Below are positions 62,998 to 64,000 of a DNA stretch of 64,000 nucleotides, piece after piece; within the stretch, counting starts at the first letter, position 1; every line of letters begins with the position of its first letter. The stretch covers positions 643,438 to 707,437 of the forward strand of contig CAVPHZ010000001.1 in assembly GCA_963704905.1 (NCBI GenBank). The letters run 5' to 3'. The notes beneath the pieces are model-generated. The model was not told the origin of the DNA and did no database searches. It saw nothing but the letters and a program-made list of their open reading frames with translations. The DNA comes from Candidatus Chisholmbacteria bacterium. GTDB taxonomy: Bacteria > Patescibacteriota > Microgenomatia > UBA1400 > Chisholmbacteraceae. A program made the translations under genes and the position numbers.

Positions 62998-63933
62998 TTA
63001 ATATGAAGGCGTAGGAGGAATGTAGTCAGATGTTGGTTCTATGGGGAAGAGTTTGATTTCTTGCCAGGAGTTGATGAGGTAGCCGCTGATACCTACTTGA
63101 GAATTGAAGGTTGAATCAAGGTAGGTGTCGGAAAAGGCTTGGATTTCAAGTTTCACTGGAACCAATTGGTTGGTCGAGAGAGTGATGAGCTCCTCGTTTC
63201 GAGCGTCTGATTTGAGGCCGTGGACGGATAGCTCTCGCCGGTCGTCGGAGAGATCCCAAATTGTAAACGCAGCGTAGGGATTATCGGGATTGGCGCTGGA
63301 GATGTGCTTTGTAAGTATGGCATAGAGCGTATAGACTGTGCGATCTGGGTTGGGAGTAACATTTCTGATGTCTACGATTCCTGGCTGGTTTTGACTGAGG
63401 AGACTTTGGAGTGTGGCAGGTAGGTTGTCGGTGCGGTGCTGTTTGAACGTGTGGTGATAGGTGGTCAGATTTTGTGGGTAATAATTTAGATGAATGGAGA
63501 TGAACGGGTATTCAAAATCATAGAGAAGACGGTGTTCTTGTTCATACAGATCCACCTGATTTATTTCTTGAAAAGTGATGATGCTGTTGAGCAGATGATC
63601 AAGAGAAGAGAGATACTCCGGGTCCTCTGATTTGAGAGAATGAAAGGCATTTAATTCCGGTAGATTGTATTGGCGCCAGTCAGCATGGTTTCTTTTTATT
63701 TGCTCTTGGCGGTATTTTTCCTCTTCTTCGTCATGAGATTGACTGAACGCGTTTTGATCTAATCGGATGTCATTTTGGTAAAGATCGGTGTAGTTTTCAA
63801 ACTGCCAGTCGACATCAGCATATTTTTGGTAGAGCTTAAGTCGATGTTCTTTGAGTGTATGAAGGGCAAGCTTCAGACCCGCAAGTTGGGATTTTTCTAT
63901 ATCGGTCAGCTCATCTTTGGCAGTCAACTCCAT
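62998..63933 (-). CDS. Hypothetical protein (311 aa)
   Basis: ORF only; acidic, Tyr/Gln-rich. Confidence 0.4.
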   Translation of the reverse strand: MELTAKDELTDIEKSQLAGLKLALHTLKEHRLKLYQKYADVDWQFENYTDLYQNDIRLDQNAFSQSHDEEEEKYRQEQIKRNHADWRQYNLPELNAFHSLKSEDPEYLSSLDHLLNSIITFQEINQVDLYEQEHRLLYDFEYPFISIHLNYYPQNLTTYHHTFKQHRTDNLPATLQSLLSQNQPGIVDIRNVTPNPDRTVYTLYAILTKHISSANPDNPYAAFTIWDLSDDRRELSVHGLKSDARNEELITLSTNQLVPVKLEIQAFSDTYLDSTFNSQVGISGYLINSWQEIKLFPIEPTSDYIPPTPSY

Positions 63934-64000
63934 AACCTCGGATTCGAGCTGAGGAAGGAGTGATTGTTGCTGTGGAAATGCATCTGAAGATAGATGCTGG

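Overview
The window reads like a Candidate-Phyla-Radiation/Patescibacteria-type bacterium. The 16S rRNA has non-canonical sequence at the 515F, 806R and 1492R primer sites, and the rRNA operon is split. Compact operons mostly have 4-nt start/stop overlaps. No transposases, integrases or CRISPR were seen.

1) Positions 1-30400 form one very large, AT-rich envelope-glycosylation island. It holds at least 7 GT2 and 6 GT4 glycosyltransferases, 5 GT-C-type polytopic membrane glycosyltransferases, 4 SAM methyltransferases (one with a Trm112-like zinc ribbon), an SDR epimerase/dehydratase, a sugar-1-P nucleotidyltransferase and a GtrA-like small membrane protein. Three of the GT-C proteins are paralogous giants of 935-1325 aa. 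A truncated GT4 paralog remnant is also present.

2) Positions 30477-36998 hold an unusual amidoligase cluster, the most likely 'system'. It contains a 7TM (inactive-transglutaminase-associated type) membrane protein, a RimK-like ATP-grasp fused to a retropepsin-like D-T-G-A domain, and three further ATP-grasp ligases. A coupled 185-aa unknown is also present.

3) mnmA, a membrane-anchored beta-propeller protein and 16S rRNA follow. About 12.8 kb of protein genes come next, including obg. They also include a GC-rich block of PKD-like repeat surface proteins. One of these is a 1239-aa protein built from perfectly duplicated 270-bp units and 4 copies of a Cys-bracketed 32-aa repeat. Then come tRNA-Ile, two small ORFs, tRNA-Ala (G3-U70), 23S and 5S.

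4) Downstream of 5S there are three dispersed copies of the 5S 3'-terminal motif. Two ORF-free stretches (about 1.7 kb and 2.1 kb) and a 20-nt palindrome present twice remain unexplained.
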